NCBI GenBank assembly: GCA_036380095.1
Contig: DASVFK010000250.1
Span: forward strand, 24,125 to 88,124
Source of the DNA: Candidatus Angelobacter sp.
GTDB taxonomy: Bacteria > Acidobacteriota > Terriglobia > Terriglobales > Acidobacteriaceae
Reading direction: 5' to 3'
DNA: 64,000 bases
A program made the translations under genes and the position numbers. This document shows, piece after piece, positions 1 through 8,051 of the stretch (the stretch's first letter is position 1; each line of letters begins with the position of its first letter). The notes beneath the pieces are model-generated. The model was not told the DNA's origin. It did no database searches and saw only the letters and a program-made list of their open reading frames with translations.

Positions 1-2894
1 CCGGAAAGCTCAGGATGCGTGCTGTTGAGCAGACCATGCGTGGCGAAGTGGACAATCCTGTAATTCGCGAGTTCAGGGCTGGACGCGATAGCGCGGTTTG
101 CCTTGAAATCCAATGCCTCCAGGACTTGTGTGGCGGGAGACACGGCTCGAATCGCGTCTGCTTCCAGCCGCGTGTAGCGCAGCCGGGTTAGCGCGAGCTG
201 GCCATTGCGCCGCAGTCCCAGATCGTCGGCTGACCGAGCCAGCAGATCAGAAGAGGGGGAGGCGGACAAAAGACCGACCACTGTCTCCATTCTGCTGCTG
301 TGGGCGGGCGAGGCAGCAGCGACTTTCGATGCTCGCGCGCCGACTCGCCGATCATTCTTGTCAAACACCGGATCCGCCAGCACTGCCACAGCCCGTGGCG
401 CCGGCTTGCGATCTTTGGATTGCTGCCGCAACACGGCGAGTATTGAAGCGGAAGGCAAGCTGATGATTTCATGACTGACGGCAAGCGGCGCATCGGCCTT
501 TCCGGCGGCGCCTGGCTCGGGGAGCGCTGCTAGCGAAAGGTAATTCAGGATGCCGTCACCCACCATTACCAGCCTTTTGTCTTTGATCTGCGATGCCACG
601 GGAGCGAGGAGCGTCCGGCTCAACAGCGCCGCGGCCGTTTTGTATTGCTTTTCTGCACTGGACCAGCGTTCTGCCCGCTGCTGCTCGCTTTCCCCCTTGC
701 GCGGGCGATTGCGCTCCGTCAGTAAGTCATAGACCCGCTGCGTCTGCTTCCTGATTTCAGCGCGGTTGGGCAGCTCGTAGGCTTGCAGCGAGTCCGGAGT
801 CACGGCAAAGACATAGCTGCGATTATCTGCCAGGAAGTATTCGAGCAGCAGCGTGCCGGGATCGAGCAACTCTCTCTGGATGGCTTTTGCGCTCAGAGGT
901 TCCGGCTGCGTGAGAGCAACAAATGCGGGGCTGCCGGCTCGAATCTGGCCCTCCACGTTCTGATACTCTTGCGTGAGCCGGCTGATGTCTTTTTCGATGG
1001 CAGTGATCTGCTCGTCGGCATGCTGGTCGGTCAACAGACCAGCGCGGCGCTCCGACTTGGCCCTGATGTCCGACGCCAAGGAGCGCTCCATCTCCAAGAG
1101 GGCGGGATCAACGCCGTTGCGGATGTCAACATGGGCCGCAGCCAGCGTTTCCATGAGCGTGCGCGCCCGCCCCCGTTCCACCACTTCGAGTGCAAGCGCA
1201 TCCCGGTGCTGCATCAAGAGCAGCTCTGCATAATCGCGGTAGAAGTTCTGGTGGCGGGCGCGGAAGCCGGCGCGAGCGTCGTTGGAGCCGCCCAGCCTGG
1301 CGGTTTGGCTCTCCAGAGCGTTTAGCGCTTGCACGTAGAATTTTCCGGCTGCGTCCAATTGCTGTTTGCGCCGCATGATTCCCGCCATGGCGGCCAGGCT
1401 CTCAGCATGTCTCGCGCTTCCCGGCGAAAGCTCTTCCCGGATCGCCAGCGCGCGGCGGAAGTAGCTCTCAGCCTCTTCCACGTCCCCGCGATGCAAGGCA
1501 ACGTTACCCATGCTGTTGAGAGTTTCAGCGGTTGGCAGTCCCTTGGGAACAAGCTTCTCTCTTAGCGCCAGGGTTTCAAGGTAAATTGTTTCCGCGCCAG
1601 CCCAGTCATCGCGTAAGAGCGCCAGATCGCCGAGGCCCTGGCGCGTTTCGGCTTCTTCCGGGCTTCCCGGAGCTATCTTGAGCTTGATCTCCAGAGAGCG
1701 CCGAAGCAATTCTTCCGCCTCCCGGGTATCTCCGCGCTGGACCACTGCTTTTGCCAGATCGCTCAAGATGGTTGCATGGGCGATAGTTCCTGGGTCCACA
1801 TGTTCTTCGATGGCGAGCGATTTGCGATAGTAATCCTCAGCTCGTTCCACGTCGCCGCGGGCCAGCGCAACCTCCGCGATGTCGTCCAACAAGTAGGCGA
1901 GGCCGTTGCTGTTAGGAGCTTGTTTTTCCCAAATCTCCAGGGCACCGCGGTAGTGGTTCTCCGCCTTCGCCAGGTCGCCGCGGTCATAGCAGGTGATGCC
2001 CATGTCGATGAGCAACTCCCCCACATGGATGCTCCCGGGTTCCAGTCGCTCCCGGATCTCGAGGCCTTGGCGATAGTATTCCTCTGACTTGCTAAGTTCA
2101 CCCCGGCCTCTTTCCATCAAGCCCAGGTTCACCAGGGCGTCGCCTGCCAGGTTTTCCTTGCCGGCCTTGCGGCCCTCCCCCGCGGCCTCAAGAAAATGCG
2201 TTGCGGCTCGGTCCCACTGGCTTCTCTGGGTTTCGGTGTTGGCCCATTCCGTCAACAATTGGGCCGCAACAGCCGGTCCCGCAGGTGCAGCTCCCCCGAT
2301 CGCTTCCCGATATAAATCGTCAGCCTCTTTCCACTGTTGCTTTTTCGCCATTAGTTCCGCGGCTTTCGCCAGAAACCACGATTCCAGCCATGGCGGTCCT
2401 GATTCTCGCGCGCCCGCCGCACCGCTCCGCCAGCGCTTTACGGCCTCCCTCAACTCTCCCTTCTTGACCAGTTCCTGGCCCTCAAGATATTCGGCAAGGG
2501 TAGTTCCGGAAAAATTTGGCCGCATGTCAGAGCCCCACCACTGATTGGTCACCGTCCACACGTGGCTTTCCGTGCCTCTGAGTCCTTCAAACTTCACCGG
2601 TCCCCTGACTAACTGGTCAACGGTCACAAGATATAAATCAAAGGGAGATTCAAGTTCTCCACTGGCCTCGCGGCGCGACCAGCGCAATAGCACATCGCCC
2701 TCCAGCATCCCGGATTTTCGTGGCGCGGAGAATTCGTCCTCGAACCTTTCGATCACGACTCCCGGTCTCAACCCAGGCTTCTGGTCCACTTGCGACAAAG
2801 TCTGAGTCCAACAGACAAACACCAAAAGGCCTGACGCGACAATGCGCCACGGCGCGGGGGCCGTGCGCAGCCATCGGGTTCTTGCGTCAAACAT
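1..2894 (-). CDS. TPR-repeat CHAT-domain (caspase-like) protein; C-terminus runs off the left window edge
   Basis: Absent from the ORF track because no stop lies in the window. The reverse-complement frame from ATG 2894 stays open to base 3. The N-terminus MFDARTRWLRTAPAPWRIVASGLLVFVCW looks like a signal or anchor. TPR-like units follow (GDLAKAENHYRGALEIWE, GDVERAEDYYRKSLAIEE), and the CHAT His motif RIVHFATHGLLNS lies at the window edge. Confidence 0.8.
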   Translation of the reverse strand, partial: MFDARTRWLRTAPAPWRIVASGLLVFVCWTQTLSQVDQKPGLRPGVVIERFEDEFSAPRKSGMLEGDVLLRWSRREASGELESPFDLYLVTVDQLVRGPVKFEGLRGTESHVWTVTNQWWGSDMRPNFSGTTLAEYLEGQELVKKGELREAVKRWRSGAAGARESGPPWLESWFLAKAAELMAKKQQWKEADDLYREAIGGAAPAGPAVAAQLLTEWANTETQRSQWDRAATHFLEAAGEGRKAGKENLAGDALVNLGLMERGRGELSKSEEYYRQGLEIRERLEPGSIHVGELLIDMGITCYDRGDLAKAENHYRGALEIWEKQAPNSNGLAYLLDDIAEVALARGDVERAEDYYRKSLAIEEHVDPGTIAHATILSDLAKAVVQRGDTREAEELLRRSLEIKLKIAPGSPEEAETRQGLGDLALLRDDWAGAETIYLETLALREKLVPKGLPTAETLNSMGNVALHRGDVEEAESYFRRALAIREELSPGSARHAESLAAMAGIMRRKQQLDAAGKFYVQALNALESQTARLGGSNDARAGFRARHQNFYRDYAELLLMQHRDALALEVVERGRARTLMETLAAAHVDIRNGVDPALLEMERSLASDIRAKSERRAGLLTDQHADEQITAIEKDISRLTQEYQNVEGQIRAGSPAFVALTQPEPLSAKAIQRELLDPGTLLLEYFLADNRSYVFAVTPDSLQAYELPNRAEIRKQTQRVYDLLTERNRPRKGESEQQRAERWSSAEKQYKTAAALLSRTLLAPVASQIKDKRLVMVGDGILNYLSLAALPEPGAAGKADAPLAVSHEIISLPSASILAVLRQQSKDRKPAPRAVAVLADPVFDKNDRRVGARASKVAAASPAHSSRMETVVGLLSASPSSDLLARSADDLGLRRNGQLALTRLRYTRLEADAIRAVSPATQVLEALDFKANRAIASSPELANYRIVHFATHGLLNSTHPELS

Positions 2895-3227
2895 GCGGGT
2901 CCACTCGGGCAATAGCATTCAACAGAAAACCACACACTCTGTGTTGGCAAGGCAAAGATATGTTTCAAATTGTAAGTGCAACGGACGATTACAGGGCAGT
3001 AATCATTCGCCAAGGATTGGAGTATCGCCAGGCCGGGCCACACTTTACCCTCTGCGCTGGGACCGCATCCCATTTGCCGGCTCTTGCTTGAGAAATTGCA
3101 GCTCGGTGATACGGTTACCTCCCTCTTGCCCTCTCGTCATTTGACCGCCCCCAGCGCCGCCCCCATAATCACCCCCAATCCCCCAGTGGGACCCGTTCTG
3201 GCCTGAGGCAAAAGGGGAAGGAGTACT

Positions 3228-3992
3228 GTGAAAAAAGGATTCTTGCTCGCAATCTTGCTGCTCGTAATCAGCGCCACCACTGCGTCTTTCGCCCTCGCCG
3301 GCGAGACGGAAGCTCCGCCGGCCAAGGCGCCGGAAGGCAGCAGCCGCCCCGGCTTCGCTATCGCTTTCAAGAGCTCGTCGCTGGGGCTGGGTTTTGAGTC
3401 CGGTGTTTCCATGTCGCGCTTCATCGACTTCCGCGGCGGCTTTGATATGTTCACGCTGAACCCGTCATTCACTGACAGCGGTGTCCGTTATAAGGGCAAC
3501 CTGCGGCTGCGTTCCGCCCAGGCCCTGGTCGATCTCAAGCCCTTCAGCGACTGGTTCCACATCAGCCCCGGCATGATGATCTACAACGGCAACCAGCTCA
3601 CTGCAACGGCAAACGTCCCCGGCGGACAGACCTTTAGCCTGGGCAGCGTAAGTTTCCGCAGCAATCCCACGAACCCCATCAACGGCAGTGGACAGATGAC
3701 CTTCAAAAAGGCCGCGCCCATGGTGCTCTTTGGCTTCGGGACCCTGGTACCGCACAGCAGACACTTCACTTTCTATAACGATATCGGCGTGGTGTTTCAG
3801 GGCGAGCCCAAGACCGTGCTTAATCTCGCCGGTAGCGCCTGCGATCCCGTTACCGGGCTGGCCTGCGTCAACGCGGCCACGGACCCGACCATCCAGTCGC
3901 AGGTTCAGGCCCAGCAGACCAAGATCAACAACGACACCAAGATCGCCAAGTACTATCCGGTGTTTGCGCTGGGGTTTGGTTTCAAGTTCTGA
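3228..3992 (+). CDS. putative outer-membrane beta-barrel protein
   Basis: GTG start preceded by GGAAGGAG. Signal peptide MKKGFLLAILLLVISATTASFALA, alternating beta-strand-like composition, and a C-terminal aromatic signature ALGFGFKF. Confidence 0.6.
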   Translation: MKKGFLLAILLLVISATTASFALAGETEAPPAKAPEGSSRPGFAIAFKSSSLGLGFESGVSMSRFIDFRGGFDMFTLNPSFTDSGVRYKGNLRLRSAQALVDLKPFSDWFHISPGMMIYNGNQLTATANVPGGQTFSLGSVSFRSNPTNPINGSGQMTFKKAAPMVLFGFGTLVPHSRHFTFYNDIGVVFQGEPKTVLNLAGSACDPVTGLACVNAATDPTIQSQVQAQQTKINNDTKIAKYYPVFALGFGFKF

Positions 3993-4000
3993 GGATTTGA

Positions 4001-4060
4001 GCCGCGAATTAACGCGAAACGCGCGAAATTCTGATTTGTGATTGGCGATTTGTGATTTGC
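4001..4060 (+). repeat. REP-like intergenic repeat, copy A (GCCGCGAATTAACGCG...GAAATTCTGATTTGTG)
   Basis: Begins 9 nt after the OMP stop codon. It is related to copies at 4186..4230 (inverted), 6916..6931 and 8011..8045 (inverted). Confidence 0.7.
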
Positions 4061-4185
4061 CATGTGGCGAGGCACGAATCAAAGCAAGAGCTTCACGGTT
4101 CAGGCTGCTCACTTTTCTGACTCGGGAACTCTGCGTTCATTCGAGGCTTGCTTCCAGTTCGTCTTGCCGGCCTTCGCTCCCGTCT

Positions 4186-4230
4186 CAAACCACAAACCAC
4201 AAAATCAGACATTCGCGCTGATTCGCGGCC
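4186..4230 (-). repeat. REP-like intergenic repeat, copy D (inverted relative to copy A)
   Basis: The reverse complement GGCCGCGAATCAGCGCGAATGTCTGATTTTGTGGTTTGTGG aligns with copy A. A partial copy also lies at 4131..4146 (TGCGTTCATTCGAGG). Confidence 0.6.
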
Positions 4231-4428
4231 CTTTTTGCTGCTCCTGCCGTTCGCTTTCGAACAGCCTGGTCCCGCCAGCGAACACTAAGCAGGTTCCTAG
4301 CTTCGCCCCCGGCCTGATAACTCCTTGCCACTAAAGCGAATCCCGCCTTCGTGCGTCCCGGAACGCCAATTGCATTGGTCAAGCGTCTAACTAACCATTG
4401 TCGGTTGGCCACCAGAGTTGGAGGCGCA

Positions 4429-6903
4429 ATGAATTTTTGGCAGGACGTTCGTTTTGGCATTCGTGCCATGCTGAAAGCGCGGGGATTGACTGCTATCGCT
4501 CTGTTGACTCTGGCACTGGGAATCGGGGCCAATACCGCGATCTTCAGCATTGTGAACGCGGTTTTGTTGCGCCCGCTGCCTTTCCGCGATCCCGGACAAC
4601 TGGTGCACCTTCGCGCCGACCTGCCTGCCCTGGGAGCCAAGAACATCGGCTTCTCCATGCCCGAATTTGATGATCTGCGCGACCGCGCCGGAGTCTTCGA
4701 CGCTGTCTCGGTAGTCTGGCCTGCTCCGGCGAATGTCACCGGCGGCGAACATCCCGAGCGGGTCGACATCCTCGGCGTCAGCCCCAACTACTTTGAATTG
4801 CTCGGCGCCAAGCCGCAACTCGGCCGCCTGTTCGACAAGCGCGATACCGCAGAGGGTTTTGCCGAAGCCTGCGTCATCAGCGATGGGCTGTGGCGTCGCG
4901 AGTTCGGCGCCGACCCCAACATCCTGGGCCGCAAGATCAGGCTGGATAACGATCTTTACACCATCGTGGGCGTGCTTCCGCCGGAGTTTCATCATCCCGC
5001 ATCCACCAGTGCCCGGCCCGTCGATCTCTGGGCAACAGCAGGTTTTCGCGCCGCGCCGTTTCCCCCGCCGGCGCGCAGCATTCGTGTCTTGCCGGGGATC
5101 ATCGCCCGCTTGAAGCCGGGAACCACGGTGGAACAGGCCCAGGCGCGTCTCGTGTCCCTGGCTTCTACTCTGCGCCGGGACTATGGCGCTGACTATCCGG
5201 CAAACGCCGCCTGGACACTTTCCGCAGAACCGCTCAAAGGAGTTGTCGTCGGTAACTCGCAGACCCTTCTGCTATCTCTCCTGCTTGCGGTAGCGCTCAT
5301 CCTACTGATTGCCTGTGTGAACGTGGCCAGCCTGCTCCTCGCTCGTTCTTCTGTTCGCCGGCGCGAGATTGCCGTGCGCATGGCGCTTGGCGCCAGTCGC
5401 GCCCGCGTGTTTCGCCAGTTGCTGACAGAGTCTGTGGTGCTCGGCCTCGCCGCCGCCCTGGTCGGCGCCGTGGCAGCTGTCCTTACCGAAAAGGCGCTCG
5501 TCGGGCTGCTGCCTGCACAGTTGCCGCACGTGAACGCCATCGCCATTGACGGGCGCGTGCTGTTGTTCACGCTCTCCGTAGCGCTGGTCACCAGCGTGTT
5601 ATTCGGACTCGCGCCGGCGCTGCAAACTTCGCGGCCTGATGTGAACGCCCTGAAACAAGACGGCCGCACCGGTGAGGCATCGCTGCACTCCGCGCGCACC
5701 AGAAAGGTACTGGTCAGCGCTGAGGTTGCGCTCTCCCTCATGCTGGTGGTTGGAGCTGGACTCCTGCTGCGTACTTTCCTTGATCTGCTGCGCGTTAATC
5801 CTGGATTCACGCCGCAACATGTCCTGGCGGCCAGCGTCTGGCTGCCTGTGCCCAACGATCCCAAGACTGATGTCTATGCCACCACGGACCAGCGTACCCC
5901 CTTCATCCGTGAAGTGGTGCGCCGCTTGCGTCAGATCCCGGGCGTGGAGCAGGCTGGAGTCTCCGGTGCGCTGCCCCTGCGAACACCGCTGGCGCCCATC
6001 GGTTTTCTCGCGGAAGGAGAGTCCCAACAGGGCGAAGCTCCCACGGCGAATATCGTGGTGGTTTCGTCGGAGTTCCTGCATACCCTGGGTGTGCCACTGG
6101 TGCGCGGCCGCATGATCCAGGAAAACGACGATCAGAAGGTGGCCAACGTCGCCTTGGTGGATGAAGCTGCCGCGCGTTACTTCTGGCATGGAGAGGACCC
6201 CATCGGGCGCAGGATCCGTTTTGCCCGCGATTTTGTGGTCAATGGCAAATTGCAGCCGGCGCCGTGGATGACCGTGGTCGGAGTCGTCGGCAATATGAAG
6301 TTTTCCCGCCTCGATGAGCCTGACGGTCCCCACATCTACGCCAGCATGTACCAGTTCTCGGGCCGGCTTTTCAATGTGGTGGTCAGGGCAACGGGAGACC
6401 CGGGCACGCTGGGAAAGAGCATTCAGAGTGAGATCCAGTCGGTTGACCCGAATCTTCCTGTCGCGGAATTTGCTCCCATGACGCAAGTCGTGACTGCCTC
6501 TGTGGAGGAACGGCGTTTTGCCGCGGTCCTGATTGCCATCTTCGCCGTGCTCGCCCTGGCCTTGGCGGCGGTGGGTGTTTATGGTGTGGCTTCCTACACC
6601 GTGGCGCAACGCACCCGGGAATTTGGGATCCGAACAGCACTGGGCGCGAGCGCAAACGATCTCTTGCGGCTAGTGCTTCGCGATAGCATGCTCCCGGTAC
6701 TGGCCGGGCTTGCCGCGGGTGTGCTGGGCGCTCTTCTTGGCGCTCGCGTTATTGCGTCGCTCTTGTTCGGTGTCCGTCCCACCGACCCTGTGGTCTTCAT
6801 TCTCTCCGCGGCAGTGCTCGTGATCATCGGCTTGACCGCGAATTATGTTCCTGCGCGCCGCGCCGGACGTGTGGACCCTAACATCGCGCTGCGGTGTGAG
6901 TAG
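4429..6903 (+). CDS. ADOP-family duplicated MacB-like ABC permease (FtsX/MacB_PCD x2)
   Basis: ATG 4429 follows GGAGG. The N-terminus MNFWQDVRFGIRAMLKARGLTAIALLTLALGIGANTAIFS is the typical ADOP start. There are two permease modules, each ending in FtsX-like helices (second: REFGIRTALGAS...), and a C-terminal RVDPNIALRCE. Confidence 0.85.
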   Translation: MNFWQDVRFGIRAMLKARGLTAIALLTLALGIGANTAIFSIVNAVLLRPLPFRDPGQLVHLRADLPALGAKNIGFSMPEFDDLRDRAGVFDAVSVVWPAPANVTGGEHPERVDILGVSPNYFELLGAKPQLGRLFDKRDTAEGFAEACVISDGLWRREFGADPNILGRKIRLDNDLYTIVGVLPPEFHHPASTSARPVDLWATAGFRAAPFPPPARSIRVLPGIIARLKPGTTVEQAQARLVSLASTLRRDYGADYPANAAWTLSAEPLKGVVVGNSQTLLLSLLLAVALILLIACVNVASLLLARSSVRRREIAVRMALGASRARVFRQLLTESVVLGLAAALVGAVAAVLTEKALVGLLPAQLPHVNAIAIDGRVLLFTLSVALVTSVLFGLAPALQTSRPDVNALKQDGRTGEASLHSARTRKVLVSAEVALSLMLVVGAGLLLRTFLDLLRVNPGFTPQHVLAASVWLPVPNDPKTDVYATTDQRTPFIREVVRRLRQIPGVEQAGVSGALPLRTPLAPIGFLAEGESQQGEAPTANIVVVSSEFLHTLGVPLVRGRMIQENDDQKVANVALVDEAAARYFWHGEDPIGRRIRFARDFVVNGKLQPAPWMTVVGVVGNMKFSRLDEPDGPHIYASMYQFSGRLFNVVVRATGDPGTLGKSIQSEIQSVDPNLPVAEFAPMTQVVTASVEERRFAAVLIAIFAVLALALAAVGVYGVASYTVAQRTREFGIRTALGASANDLLRLVLRDSMLPVLAGLAAGVLGALLGARVIASLLFGVRPTDPVVFILSAAVLVIIGLTANYVPARRAGRVDPNIALRCE

Positions 6904-6915
6904 CAGGGATTGAGA

Positions 6916-6931
6916 GCCGCGAATGAACGAG
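6916..6931 (+). repeat. REP-like repeat, truncated copy B (GCCGCGAATGAACGAG)
   Basis: Lies 13 nt after the ADOP stop codon and matches the core of copies A and C. Confidence 0.5.
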
Positions 6932-6936
6932 TCGCC

Positions 6937-7497
6937 CTACCGCGCCACGGCCGGCTCTCCGTTCTCCACCGGCACGTCGGCCTCCGTCCAAAGCACGACT
7001 GCTTGCGGCAAAGTCAGGGCCATTACGATCAGTGGGAATACCAGAGTTGCGGCAAGGTTGACCGATACAGCGTGCGTATTCATTTCCATGATCAATAGTA
7101 CCGGCCAGAGCGCCAGTGAGTAGATCGCCATGATGCGAAACGCAAGGTAATACGCACGATTGCGTACCGCCAGTTCGCGCTCATCCGGATCACCCGGCCC
7201 GGTGTAGCGCACCGGCTTCTTGATTGAGATGTACTTCCATGGATCGGGATTATCCACAGGCAGCGGGAATGTTGCCTGCCTTACCAGGGCGCCAAACGCG
7301 ACGCGGCTGATCCCGCAATACACGATCCCAAAGACCAGATTCACGCCGAGGAAGTTACGCCCCGGCAGCGGGTTGCGCTTGTGCAGCAGGCCCGCGCTCA
7401 CAAGAATGGCCGCAAGAAAGATGTAAACGCAGGCCACCAGCGCTCGGCGATGGGACCGTTCGGCCATCGAAATTCCCAGATATTTTGTTCGCTGCAT
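6937..7497 (-). CDS. hypothetical integral membrane protein (partner of the upstream XRE regulator)
   Basis: ATG 7497 is preceded by AGGAGG; the track start at 7515 is a GTG inside that RBS. About four hydrophobic helices. No recognisable catalytic motif. Confidence 0.55.
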   Translation of the reverse strand: MQRTKYLGISMAERSHRRALVACVYIFLAAILVSAGLLHKRNPLPGRNFLGVNLVFGIVYCGISRVAFGALVRQATFPLPVDNPDPWKYISIKKPVRYTGPGDPDERELAVRNRAYYLAFRIMAIYSLALWPVLLIMEMNTHAVSVNLAATLVFPLIVMALTLPQAVVLWTEADVPVENGEPAVAR

Positions 7498-7548
7498 GAC
7501 AACCTCCTGCTTCACGACAAACGTTGATAGGCGCGATGCCGTCGGACC

Positions 7549-7842
7549 CTATTCCTTGGTTCCGCCCCGTTCTCCTGAGCCATAGACCTGTTCGCTCAGC
7601 GGCTTGAATGGTGTGCGGGAAAAAATCGCTTCCACGGGGAGATGAAAGAACTCGCTGATGCGGAACGCCAATTCCAGGCTGGGGTTGTAATCGCCACGCT
7701 CCAGATAGCCCACCGTCTGGTAGTTGATCCCCAGAGCATCAGCCAAAGCTTGCCGGCTCAGTCCCCGTTCCGCCCGCAACACCGTGATTCGGTTGTAGAG
7801 CTCATCGCCGTTCCGGGCATCGTTCTTGCTGGAATAATTCAC
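7549..7842 (-). CDS. XRE-family helix-turn-helix transcriptional regulator (short, YozG-like)
   Basis: HTH core ITVLRAERGLSRQALADALGINYQTVGYLERGDYNPSLELAFRISEFF. The maximal ORF starts at TTG 7878, but that TTG is part of a TTGACA -35 box. GTG 7842 sits 7 nt after a -10-like box, suggesting a leaderless mRNA. Confidence 0.75.
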   Translation of the reverse strand: MNYSSKNDARNGDELYNRITVLRAERGLSRQALADALGINYQTVGYLERGDYNPSLELAFRISEFFHLPVEAIFSRTPFKPLSEQVYGSGERGGTKE

Positions 7843-7849
7843 GCAATTA

Positions 7850-7878
7850 AATGTAGTAGTACTACAATATCTTGTCAA
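7850..7878 (-). promoter_or_regulatory. sigma70-type promoter TTGACA-17nt-TACATT with embedded palindrome TGTAGTAGTACTACA (7852..7866)
   Basis: Read directly on the minus strand: perfect -35 hexamer, 17-nt spacer, 4/6 match at -10. A perfect 7+1+7 palindrome overlaps the spacer and -10, making it a candidate autoregulatory operator. Confidence 0.5.
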
Positions 7879-7941
7879 TAAACAAATACATTATGGTGTA
7901 AATTAAGATAGGCTAATCAGAATCAACGACTTGGGAATTTT

Positions 7942-7970
7942 GGGTAGTGGGCTAATTTAGCCCACTACCC
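7942..7970. terminator. perfect 13-bp stem-loop GGGTAGTGGGCTA-ATT-TAGCCCACTACCC downstream of the acyl-CoA synthetase gene
   Basis: Perfect inverted repeat flanked by AATTTT on both sides. It lies between the 3' end of the gene at 8052 and the XRE promoter. There is no clean U-tract on the minus strand, so terminator function is uncertain. Confidence 0.45.
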
Positions 7971-8010
7971 AATTTTGCATGGAAGCAGGTGAGCAGGGCT
8001 GCGAGTCTAG

Positions 8011-8045
8011 AATCAGAATTCGCGTCTTGCGCGTTCATTCGCGGC
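8011..8045 (-). repeat. REP-like repeat, copy C
   Basis: The reverse complement GCCGCGAATGAACGCGCAAGACGCGAATTCTGATT starts 7 nt after the stop of the minus-strand gene at 8052. It has the same position and orientation relative to its gene as copy A. Confidence 0.7.
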
Positions 8046-8051
8046 CAACTT

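Noticed and set aside
783-2544. Several plus-strand ORFs (783..1325, 2089..2544 and others) in the first 3 kb
   Set aside because: All are short and in mixed frames. The minus strand carries one uninterrupted frame encoding TPR repeats and a CHAT motif. It is absent from the track only because its stop lies outside the window.
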